A DNA stretch of 64,000 nt from positions 14,012,001 through 14,076,000 of the forward strand of contig CATNEN010000001.1 in the NCBI GenBank assembly GCA_950097015.1, in the 5' to 3' direction. The notes beneath the pieces were generated by a model. That model made no database searches, was not told where the DNA came from, and was given only the letters and a program-made list of their open reading frames with translations. The position numbers were made by a program, and so were the translations under genes. Every line of letters starts with the position of its first letter. The stretch's first letter is position 1. The stretch is from Macrostomum hystrix. Lineage: Eukaryota; Animalia; Platyhelminthes. Shown here in pieces: positions 47,619 through 56,599 of the stretch.

Positions 47619-50600
47619 TTTCCATTCCATTTCAGGCTTTCACCCTCGTAGAGGGTATGCCTCACCCCATGTCGCTCATGGATCTTCGTTGTCGCACTTC
47701 TTGCGGTGTCTCGCCATGTTGGTTGCCGCCAGAACTCGCTTGCATCCTGGGCACTCTTTCCACTTTTGTTTGTAGACCCTCGCTGTTCCGGTGATGTTTC
47801 GTTCTGTCGTTTCGGCGCTCTTGCAGCTTCGCCTGTGTCTGGCGAGGTTCTTCCGATGCACTTTTGCTCCGCACTTTCCACAAGTTCTCATTTCTCCTTC
47901 GCTGCTGTCCACTCCATTGCATGCTTTTCTGTGATTGTTGAGGGTATTCTCACTCTTGAAGGTTGAATTGCATCTCTCGCATCTGAAAACGACCACTTGT
48001 TCCCGGTGCATTCTCTTCGTATGGATTGCTAGCCCGCCGCGGGATTTGCAGATTTTTCCGCAGCCTGGCCATTCGCATACGTTTTCTTTCTTTGTCATCA
48101 TAGCATTTCTTTGAAACGTAGTTTCCTTGTTGTACTTGTTGCCTTTACTTCTTTCGAACTCCTCCAGGTGTTGCATTCTTCTGGTGATGGTTTCTTTCCA
48201 CTTCTTTCTGTCTTTCGTTTCCGTTGTTATTCGAGTCCAGTCGATGGCAGCCTCGCTGAGCAGTTTCTTCCAATAAAACAGAGTCTTCTTTTTCTTGCCT
48301 CTGCTCTTCCTCGTTCTCTCTAGGTCTTTAAGCCATCCTAGCGTTGCTACTTTTGTCATTCTGTTGTTGTCCATTCTCATCACATGGCCGATTCTTTCCA
48401 GGGTTCTCTTCTCGATTTTCCATCGGATGGATCTAACCCCCAGCTCGTTGCGTACGTCCTGCATGTTCTTGCCTTCTTTTTCCATTTGCTTCAGAGGAGG
48501 TTCGTGTCTGTTACTCCAGATGGATCGGTAGCACTTGTCGATCCAGCTTTGTAGCTCGCGTATTTCCTTGACAGCCCATGGTCTTGTGTTGCAATCGAAC
48601 AGTAAACCGCTCTCTACGCAAGCTTCCACGATCTTTGCTTGTTTTTTCTTTCCGATGCGACTCTTATATAGCTGAGGTCTGACTCTTCCCCAGAGGCCGC
48701 CTGCTCGGCGTTTGCGGTTTCTTGTGTCGTGTTTCGTTCCGATCCAGCATCCTAGGAAACGGGTTGCTTCTTGATCTGTTCTTCCAAAGACTACTCTTTC
48801 CTCTTTGTCGTCGTTACTGTGTTCTTCGAAATTGTTCATGATGGATTTCACCGTCAGGACGCCTCTCTGAATCTCTTTTGTCTGGCCTATGATCGTGGTG
48901 TCGTCGGCAAAAAGTAACGATGTGGTGGTTACTTCGGCCAGTTCGCTGTTGTTGGCGTTTCTGGATTTGTCGCCTGGCAGGCCACCATCCGGGATCCATT
49001 GCCATTTGATGCCTTCCACTTGTTGGTGTTCCTGGGCTGCAGTTTTCCTTGCTTCTTCAGCCTGTTGTATCACTACTTGGTGGTAGATGTTGAACAGCAC
49101 CGGGGAGGTCGGGCACCCCTCCCGTAGTCCTCGTTCCGGGTACCAGCTCTGGCTATCACCCTCCTTCCCGCGTATGCAGTAGCTCGTCGTCTCATGCAAG
49201 TTGATGGTTGTTTGCAGGAAATTGCCTTTGAGTCCTAGGCGGTCGAGCATCCTCCATAGCGCAGGTTTGTTCACGCGTGGATAAGCTTTCTTTAGATCTA
49301 GGAGTCTGGCTTCTGGGTCCGAGTCCATTTCGGTTTGGAGTCCCATAAGGTCCCTCCGCTTTCGTAGGTCTTCCATGTCTTCTTGTATTCGAACCATAAT
49401 CTGGGTTGCATCGGCTGTGGACCTACTCTGTCGGAAGCCGTTTTGGTTCTCACTGATTATGTTCAGTCTCTCCGTCCATGTTTGTAAGCGTTTCGCGAGC
49501 ACTCTTGCCAGGATGCGGCTGCCCATCGCTAGTAGGCATACTCCTCTGTAATTGTTTGGGTTGTTCCTGTCACCCTTTTTGTGAAGAGGAATGATTTGTC
49601 CTGTCTTGAGAGTTTCGTCCCATTTGTCTGCGTTGCTCTCAAACATTTGTTGTACCATGCCGATTATCTCTTTCTTGATGTTCTCGTCTGCTTCGTTGAT
49701 GTAACACATCCTGACTCCATCCTTCCCTGGTGCTGATTCCTTCACTTCTCTCATCGCTTGGCGAATTTCCTCCTCTGCTGGTCGTCTGTTCATGTCTATG
49801 TTTGCCTGAATTGCTTCCTTGTCTTGTCTTAGGTCTTGCATTCTATCCACTTCTCTGAAGATTTCCTCACGTTGTAATTCGAAACGTTCTTGGGAGACTT
49901 TCTCGAAATGTTCCTTGAACTCGTTGGTTGTAATCGTTGATCCTGTGTTGGGTTTGCTCGTTCTCTGTCCGAGTTTCCTCAACGCTTGGTGCATCCGGCG
50001 GAGGTCCCCTCGGTTGCTCGCTTCGACGCTCTCTTCTATGATTTCTTCCCACCACTTTTCTTCGAGTTCTTTAAGTTTTCTTTTCATGCTTTTCCGTGCT
50101 TCTCGCAGGTTCACTGAGGCGACTTGCAGTTCCCTTCTCAGGTTCCGTTTTGATCTCTCAGATTCTGTTTCGTTCAAGGCTGTTGATATTCTGTTCCTTT
50201 CTTGGACTCTTGTGTTGATTGTGTCATGTAGATGTTTCAGCTCAGTCTCGTGTCCGATTGTCCATGGGTTGGCGACCGTCTTCTTTCTCGTGCCGCAGAT
50301 TTCTCTTGCTGAATCGGTGAGTATCTTCGATACTTCTTCCCATTTCCCGAGCTTCTCGTTGTCGTCGCTTCTGTTTTTGTTTGTTTCAAGAATTTTTGTG
50401 AGTTTTTCTTTGGTTTTGGTGCGGAAACTCCGCTTGTTTTCCTCATTCCTTAGGTTCTCCCAGTTGATTTGGGGTAGCCGGGTGCATTCTCTTTTTCGCC
50501 ATTTCTTCTTCTTTCCTCTCAGATTGATCGAGACCGGTTTATGGTCTGACAGTGCCATTTCTTCCGTTGTGTAGATTTTCTCAACCTGTCTGTGTCTGTC

Positions 50601-51844
50601 TCTTTTCCTGAGGATGAAACCGTCCAGTTCATACCATCTGCCTGTGCTCTTGTTGAACCATGTACCTCTCCTTTTGTGTGGTGAGAAGGTATTGGCTAGC
50701 TGCAGATCTTGCGTGGTGCACCACTCGATGATGTCATCTCCCGCTCTGTTGGTCTGTGTTTCGAGGCCGTATTTCCCTGTTGCCTCGGTGACAGTCCCCC
50801 TGCCTACATGGGCGTTATGGTCTCCGCCTATGATGAGGATGTGGTCTTTCGGACAACGGGAGATTTCTCTCTCTAGTTCTTGTCTGTACTCCTCTCTCGT
50901 CTCTGGGCCGTAGTCCCACAGCGGTTGGTAGGTGGCGATTAGGTGGTAGTTAGCAACCTTGACAGCTGTGACTCTTTCTCCTAGCGACTTTTGCTGTTTC
51001 TCTTCGATCCATTTCTGCAGTATTTTCCCTCTTAGCAATATTCCTGATCTCTTAGAGTGCACTAGGACAATCTGGTCATCGTTTTCTTCGTCCTCGAGCC
51101 AGATGGTGCCGGCTTCCTCCGCTCTGATTTCCGAGATAAGAACTATTTCCCATCCTTTGCTTTGGATGTACTTGATGGTCCTTCTCAGTCTCGCTCTGTT
51201 GTTTTCTCTGACCGATATGCCTTGTAGATTCCAAGTTGTTACTACGAAAACGTGTTTCTTTTCTGTTTCCTGCTCATTCTTCGTTCGTCCTTTTTCTTTG
51301 TTTTTCTCTCTTTTTCTTTCTTTGCTTTTTTTGTGCGTTTCGTTTTTTTCTCTTCTCCTTTTTGTTCTCTGATCTCTGTTCTTTTCTCTCTTTTTGTTCT
51401 TCCGTTCTATTCTTGCTTTCTTCTGCTCTGGTGTTCTCTTCTTCCGTTTGGATCTCCTCTTCTTGCTCTTCCCACTTTCCGCGCCTTGTTCCGTGCTGGC
51501 TGCAGCTGGCCCGGGATTCGGGTGGATGGTCTCAAGCTGCTTCTTTACTATTTCCACTTTGTGCCTTCGGGTCGTGTTCTTCTCGATCTTCTTCTCGTTG
51601 CGACTTCCTTCGATCCTTGGCGGGCTCATGGGGGCCCTCGCCTGGTGGTTGTTTTCAGAGGTGCTCAGGTTGGCTAGGCCGTTGCCGCTCTGTTGTCCGG
51701 GAGGAGGTGGCGGGTGCGAGTCGGACGAGTCGCACCCCACTCCTATTCCCCCGGCCGTGTGGAGAGATTTTGCCGCACTGTCGCGCTGTCGCGTGGCGTG
51801 CGTTTCCCGCTTGCACCGCTTGGAGGTGCCCTCCACTTTCTGCA
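47619..51844 (-). mobile_element. RTE-like non-LTR retrotransposon (LINE)
   Basis: 9 bp TSD AGCGCTCCA (47610-47618, 51845-51853), very short 3' UTR with a tandem tail TGAAATGGAATGGAAA, single ORF. Confidence 0.92.
47676..51629 (-). CDS. LINE polyprotein: 2A-like motif, AP endonuclease, reverse transcriptase, four C-terminal zinc fingers
   Basis: TWNLQG, ISE, GDHNAH and SDH (APE); NYRGVCLL, QNGFR, DLKKAY, GLREGCPTSP and LFADD (RT). First ATG at 51629, but the frame is open to the element 5' end. Confidence 0.93.
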   Translation of the reverse strand: MSPPRIEGSRNEKKIEKNTTRRHKVEIVKKQLETIHPNPGPAAASTEQGAESGKSKKRRSKRKKRTPEQKKARIERKNKKREKNRDQRTKRRREKNETHKKSKERKREKNKEKGRTKNEQETEKKHVFVVTTWNLQGISVRENNRARLRRTIKYIQSKGWEIVLISEIRAEEAGTIWLEDEENDDQIVLVHSKRSGILLRGKILQKWIEEKQQKSLGERVTAVKVANYHLIATYQPLWDYGPETREEYRQELEREISRCPKDHILIIGGDHNAHVGRGTVTEATGKYGLETQTNRAGDDIIEWCTTQDLQLANTFSPHKRRGTWFNKSTGRWYELDGFILRKRDRHRQVEKIYTTEEMALSDHKPVSINLRGKKKKWRKRECTRLPQINWENLRNEENKRSFRTKTKEKLTKILETNKNRSDDNEKLGKWEEVSKILTDSAREICGTRKKTVANPWTIGHETELKHLHDTINTRVQERNRISTALNETESERSKRNLRRELQVASVNLREARKSMKRKLKELEEKWWEEIIEESVEASNRGDLRRMHQALRKLGQRTSKPNTGSTITTNEFKEHFEKVSQERFELQREEIFREVDRMQDLRQDKEAIQANIDMNRRPAEEEIRQAMREVKESAPGKDGVRMCYINEADENIKKEIIGMVQQMFESNADKWDETLKTGQIIPLHKKGDRNNPNNYRGVCLLAMGSRILARVLAKRLQTWTERLNIISENQNGFRQSRSTADATQIMVRIQEDMEDLRKRRDLMGLQTEMDSDPEARLLDLKKAYPRVNKPALWRMLDRLGLKGNFLQTTINLHETTSYCIRGKEGDSQSWYPERGLREGCPTSPVLFNIYHQVVIQQAEEARKTAAQEHQQVEGIKWQWIPDGGLPGDKSRNANNSELAEVTTTSLLFADDTTIIGQTKEIQRGVLTVKSIMNNFEEHSNDDKEERVVFGRTDQEATRFLGCWIGTKHDTRNRKRRAGGLWGRVRPQLYKSRIGKKKQAKIVEACVESGLLFDCNTRPWAVKEIRELQSWIDKCYRSIWSNRHEPPLKQMEKEGKNMQDVRNELGVRSIRWKIEKRTLERIGHVMRMDNNRMTKVATLGWLKDLERTRKSRGKKKKTLFYWKKLLSEAAIDWTRITTETKDRKKWKETITRRMQHLEEFERSKGNKYNKETTFQRNAMMTKKENVCEWPGCGKICKSRGGLAIHTKRMHREQVVVFRCERCNSTFKSENTLNNHRKACNGVDSSEGEMRTCGKCGAKVHRKNLARHRRSCKSAETTERNITGTARVYKQKWKECPGCKRVLAATNMARHRKKCDNEDP

Positions 51845-54800
51845 AGCGCTCCACAGGCCGATCTCTTCTTCGTCGTCGTCGTCGTCGCTGCTGTCGGCTG
51901 GCTCGCCGGTCGCGTCAGCCGTCGGAGGGCTACCCTTGGGTGGCCTTCCGAGCTTCCGCCGTCCCGGGCTCGCCTCCTCCGTTCTGTCGCACATCGAGGC
52001 CGGTACCGGGAGCAGGTTGCGCCGGTGGACTACCAGCACCTGCTTCCTGGCCTTCCTGGTGTTGCCGTGTCGCCCGATCTTGTACACCGTCTCGCCCTTA
52101 CACTCGAGCACTACGTAGACCGATTGTCTAGGCCGATGGAATTTGCTGATCTCGCCGGATTCGATCACCGGGTTGTTGAGCAGGACCAGCTGGCCTGGGC
52201 GGAGTGGTCTCGCCTGCGGTCTTTCTTGATAGTGCTCTTCCCGCAGCACCTGATACCTCTCGAGCTTGTCCCGGGCGCAATTGACAGCCTGGTCTATGCG
52301 CTCCTGGAACTGTCGGAGATAATCTGGCAGATCTGTGTACTCAGCCAGCGCAGTCAACGTGTTGTCTACGGGCAGCCGGTATTCCCGTCCGAAGACCAGG
52401 AAGTACGGCGTATACCCGGTCACAGGGTGGACACTGGTGCGCAACGCGATTAAGCACGCGGGCAGCATCAGGTCCCAATCCTTGTGATCTTTTTCCAACA
52501 AGCACGTGAGCACTGACTTGATTTGGCGATTCAGGTTTTCGACCTGGCCATTGCTGGCCGGGTTATAGGGACACGTGTGCGTGTGGCGGATGCCATACAG
52601 CTTGCAGAAGTCCTCAAACTCTGCACTCATAAAGTTCGTCCCCTGGTCCGTGTGCAGCCAGGCTGGTGCACCGTACTCGGGTATGAACCTATCCAGCAGC
52701 AGTTTGATCACGGTTTTCGTCTTCTGGTTTCGCATCGGATAGGCAAACGGGTACTTCGATGTTGCATCACACAGGGTGAGGATGTACCGATGTCCTCGGG
52801 CACTTGGTTGTGACATAGGCCCGATTACGTCGGCGTGCACCCTTCCCAAAACCTCACACACTGGAAAGTTCTGCGGGGGGACTATTTCCTTCCGCCTTGA
52901 CTTGCTCTCCAGGCATGTCCTGCAACGCGCCACGTACCCCGTCGCCTCCGACCAGAGACCGGGTCTCCAGAACCTGTCTCTCACTCTCTGCACCGTCTTG
53001 GACTGACCAAGATGACCCGCCAAGGGCGAATCATGCAAGGCCTCAAAGACGCGCGAGTCTAATGCTTTCGGTAGCACCGGTCGCGGCGGCCGGTTGTCAT
53101 CAAAGTCAATGACGAGCAACCCGTCGCGCACCTCCAGCTCCTCAAATGCACCCAGGAGGTCTCTGACCTCTTTCGGCATCTGGAGTCGCTGATCGAACCT
53201 GGGCTTGTCCTTTCCTGACAGCTTCAGTTCCGTCAGGTATCGGATTGCCGGGTCTTGGTGCTGAGCTTCTAGCAACTCGATCTGGCTAACCGGCACCTTC
53301 AGGAACTCTGTCACCACTGCTTTTACCGGAGGCAGCTCTCCACTGTCCTTGTCCTCCTTGTCCTTGGACCCAGGAGCCCTGGCAGCAGGGGGTGTCCTTG
53401 ACAGGCGAGACTGGTCGCAACGAGTCTGACAACTCCCCTCCACCTCTGCTCCCTGTCTCACGGAGGGACCAACAGTCGGCAGGCAGGACTGGCTGCAACG
53501 AGCTAACTGCTGATCCTCCTGACCCGAGGACCTTGACACAGCGGGATCAGTCGCTCGCAGGCAGGACTGGCTGCAACGAGCCAGCGACTTCTCCCCTGTT
53601 TCTGAGAACTCCTCGACAGCAGGATTCAGTGTCTGCAGGCAGGACTGGCTGCAACGAGCGGACACTTCCTCCTCTGTCTCTGGACACACCAGAGGCTCTG
53701 GATCCGGCGCCTGCAGGCAGGACTGGCTGCAACGAGCGGGCACCTTTACCTTTACCTCTGAGCCTTCCGCTACCACCTGAGTCTGCACCTGTGCCTTGGC
53801 ATCACAGCCCCGCACCCAGTGCTCCTCCCTTGTGGCTCCCTGGCTCCAGCTACCTTCAGTAGCTACCGTCTGCACGGCGGCATCCACAGTCTGCAGGCAG
53901 AACTGGCTGCAACGAGCTGACTGCGGAGCCCCGTAGACAGGTGCTTCTCGCCTCAAAAGCTGGCCTGCGGTTGTGTCTTCCTGACACCCTTGCAGCACCG
54001 CCTTGTCTTGGCGCACCTCGACAGGCTCCAGGACCGGCTCTTTCACCAGTCCTTCAGACACAGCTGCTCCACTTCCTGATCGGCCGTCCATGACCTCCTG
54101 AGCCCTGGGTTTCACAGCTCGCAGTGGTTCTGCGGCTCCTGTGATTTCACCCTGTTCATTGCTCCTTTCCTGTCCCTCCTCCAGCTGACTCGAAAATTGG
54201 CGGGTGCAAGCACTCGCACCGAACTGGTTGTGGGGCGTTAATACCCCAAGAGAACAATTGACCGGATTATCCGGCTTCCTCGACATCGAGTCAGCATTTT
54301 GGTGAGACTTTCCAGGACGATGAACGATGGTGAAATCAAACTCACTCATTCTCTCAACCCAACGGCCCAAGATGCCTGTCGCCTCAGTCTGATGCATGAG
54401 CCACAGCAGGGCCTTGTGGTCAGACCGGACGACAAACTTCTTGCCAACCAGGAAGTACCGGAAATGCCGCATCGCATCTACGACTGCTAGCAATTCTTTG
54501 CGAGTCGTAGTGTAGCGGGTCTCCGGCCCTCGCAGCTTCCGGCTGTAGTAGCCAACAGGCCTCTCTACTCCATCGGACTGCAGCTGATTCAGAAAAGCCC
54601 CTATGCGGTCATCAGAGGCATCTGTGTCCAGGATGAAAGTTACTTTCGGGTCAGAGGTGTACTCCGGGTACGCCAGTACCTCCGTAGAGCACAACGCATC
54701 CTTCAATCCCTGAAAGGCCCTCTCATGCTCTGTCTTCCACAGACCCTTCAAGCTGGTAACGTCCCGCTTAGTGAGCTCGTGCAATGGTGCTGCAATCCCT

Positions 54801-56599
54801 GAGTAATTGCGGACGAACTTCTTGTAGTACTGCGCCAACCCCAAGAAGCTGCGCAATTCCTTGGCGCTTCGAGGTGTCGGCCAGCCTCTGAGCTCGGCGA
54901 TCTTATCCTCGTTCGTCAGGATGCCATCTGGCGTCACCACGTGGCCTAAGTAGTGCAGCTCCCTCTTGAACAGGTGGCACTTCTTTGGCTTCAGTTTGAA
55001 CTGGGCTTCACGGATTCGAGTCAGCATCATCCTCAGATGCTCCAAATGATCGTCAAAGGTAGGCGAGTGGACGAGTATATCATCGATATACCCCAACGCT
55101 ACCTTTGGCGTCAGCCCCTCCAGCAGCTTGTTGATACAGCGCTGAAAAGACCCTGCCGAATCCGTCATGCCCATCGGCAACACAGTAAACTCAAACTGAC
55201 CTCTGTGGTGAACCGAGAACGCGGTCAGGTGTCTATCCTGCTCTCTCAGCGGGATCTGCCAGAAACCCTGTGCAAGATCTAGGGCGGAATAGTACTGCGC
55301 CCCTCTCAAATGCTCAAAGGTCTGCTGTATGTCTGGCAGCGGATAGACGTGCTTCAGGCAACGGCTATTCAACTCGCGATAGTCTAAGACAATCCTGATC
55401 GTCTTGTCTTTCTTAGGGACAATCAGGAGAGGCGTGTTGTAGCTGGAGAATGTCGGCTTGATGATGCCTTTCGCCAACATCTCATCCAGCATCTTGTCCA
55501 GCTGTTCCATCAAGTGAGGCGGGATCCTCCTCGGTGGAATGTGAACTGGAGTGGGATCTGTCACAATGATCTCATGAGTGACTAAGTCAGTGACACCATG
55601 GTCCAGGGGATGCATTGCGAATGCCTCGCGGCACTCTCTCAACATCTCCTTAACCCGATGCCTCTGCTCCTCGGTCAACCTCTCACAAATCTCCACCTCC
55701 TCTAGCCATGCCTCATCGCTCTCCAGCCCTTCTGCCTGAACCTGCCTGACCGGCGTCTCCTCTAGCTCTGGTAGATATTCCAGTTCGTCTGCCTTCAATG
55801 GCCTCGCTAGCCCTACAAGTCCATTGCGCCGAATGACCGCCGGGAAGCAAGAGGTGTTGACGACTTCAACACACCCTGTCCCGTCAGCCATCGTCAGCAA
55901 TGTCGGGGCCATCTCGACCTGAGACGCCCCTGGCTTCAGTCCTGACCTCAAGGACTCAACAAGCAGCGGCGTGCCGTGACAGTCAGTCCGGCCACCCGCT
56001 AGCTTCACCGCTACGAGCATCGAAGAGCGCGCTGGCACAGTGGTCTGCTCGAGTGAGTAAACCCGACTGGCCCTCGCCTCTCGCCTCGTGAACCTCAGCG
56101 GCACTCTGGTACCTGACTTCATGGTCAGCATTCCCTTCGGAAAATCAATCTTCTGGGTGTGCTGGCGCATGAAATCAATTCCTAAGATGTTCTCGTGCTC
56201 GCCCTTTGTCACACAGAACTCGACGTCTACTGCGTAGTCGCCGAGCCTGACCTCAAAGGCGACTCGCCCTAAAACCGGCAATCGAGAACCATCAAAGTTG
56301 CACAGGGCACTCTCTCCTGTCAGCACAGCGTGCGGCACTACATGCCGCAGAGATGCCCACGTCTCACTTCCAATCAGACAGCGCCTGCTCCCTGAGTCTA
56401 GGAGAAAAGGCACCGTCTTCTTGGAAACCATCGCCGTCACATAGGGGTCAGCGTTGGAGGCATACCAACGCTCGAGGAAGCTGGTGCTAGGAGAGCCCCT
56501 ACCCTCTCCTCCAGCTGACTCCTCAGTCTCCCTCAGGCCCGTCCAGGAACTGGACTGCGAGGGGCACTGCCGTCCGTGCTCCTCGCCGTCCCGTTTCCC
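51743..56599 (-). CDS. pol: Gypsy Pol (protease, RT, RNase H, repeat insert, integrase), reached by -1 frameshift
   Basis: LLDSGS, YIDD, DTDAS..ELLA..SDH, H..H..C..C, and D..D..E integrase motifs. The frame is open upstream to the GGGAAAC heptamer. The current stop lies inside the LINE 5' end. Confidence 0.95.
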   Translation of the reverse strand, partial: GKRDGEEHGRQCPSQSSSWTGLRETEESAGGEGRGSPSTSFLERWYASNADPYVTAMVSKKTVPFLLDSGSRRCLIGSETWASLRHVVPHAVLTGESALCNFDGSRLPVLGRVAFEVRLGDYAVDVEFCVTKGEHENILGIDFMRQHTQKIDFPKGMLTMKSGTRVPLRFTRREARASRVYSLEQTTVPARSSMLVAVKLAGGRTDCHGTPLLVESLRSGLKPGASQVEMAPTLLTMADGTGCVEVVNTSCFPAVIRRNGLVGLARPLKADELEYLPELEETPVRQVQAEGLESDEAWLEEVEICERLTEEQRHRVKEMLRECREAFAMHPLDHGVTDLVTHEIIVTDPTPVHIPPRRIPPHLMEQLDKMLDEMLAKGIIKPTFSSYNTPLLIVPKKDKTIRIVLDYRELNSRCLKHVYPLPDIQQTFEHLRGAQYYSALDLAQGFWQIPLREQDRHLTAFSVHHRGQFEFTVLPMGMTDSAGSFQRCINKLLEGLTPKVALGYIDDILVHSPTFDDHLEHLRMMLTRIREAQFKLKPKKCHLFKRELHYLGHVVTPDGILTNEDKIAELRGWPTPRSAKELRSFLGLAQYYKKFVRNYSGIAAPLHELTKRDVTSLKGLWKTEHERAFQGLKDALCSTEVLAYPEYTSDPKVTFILDTDASDDRIGAFLNQLQSDGVERPVGYYSRKLRGPETRYTTTRKELLAVVDAMRHFRYFLVGKKFVVRSDHKALLWLMHQTEATGILGRWVERMSEFDFTIVHRPGKSHQNADSMSRKPDNPVNCSLGVLTPHNQFGASACTRQFSSQLEEGQERSNEQGEITGAAEPLRAVKPRAQEVMDGRSGSGAAVSEGLVKEPVLEPVEVRQDKAVLQGCQEDTTAGQLLRREAPVYGAPQSARCSQFCLQTVDAAVQTVATEGSWSQGATREEHWVRGCDAKAQVQTQVVAEGSEVKVKVPARCSQSCLQAPDPEPLVCPETEEEVSARCSQSCLQTLNPAVEEFSETGEKSLARCSQSCLRATDPAVSRSSGQEDQQLARCSQSCLPTVGPSVRQGAEVEGSCQTRCDQSRLSRTPPAARAPGSKDKEDKDSGELPPVKAVVTEFLKVPVSQIELLEAQHQDPAIRYLTELKLSGKDKPRFDQRLQMPKEVRDLLGAFEELEVRDGLLVIDFDDNRPPRPVLPKALDSRVFEALHDSPLAGHLGQSKTVQRVRDRFWRPGLWSEATGYVARCRTCLESKSRRKEIVPPQNFPVCEVLGRVHADVIGPMSQPSARGHRYILTLCDATSKYPFAYPMRNQKTKTVIKLLLDRFIPEYGAPAWLHTDQGTNFMSAEFEDFCKLYGIRHTHTCPYNPASNGQVENLNRQIKSVLTCLLEKDHKDWDLMLPACLIALRTSVHPVTGYTPYFLVFGREYRLPVDNTLTALAEYTDLPDYLRQFQERIDQAVNCARDKLERYQVLREEHYQERPQARPLRPGQLVLLNNPVIESGEISKFHRPRQSVYVVLECKGETVYKIGRHGNTRKARKQVLVVHRRNLLPVPASMCDRTEEASPGRRKLGRPPKGSPPTADATGEPADSSDDDDDEEEIGLWSACRKWRAPPSGASGKRTPRDSATVRQNLSTRPGE

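Noticed and set aside
49819-52453. Long + strand ORFs antisense to the LINE and integrase
   Set aside because: Shadow frames of the coding strand, with no recognisable motifs.
53401-53917. CRISPR array
   Set aside because: Lies in frame within a eukaryotic retrotransposon ORF, the spacers are distantly related to each other, and there are no cas genes. Kept as a coding-repeat finding.
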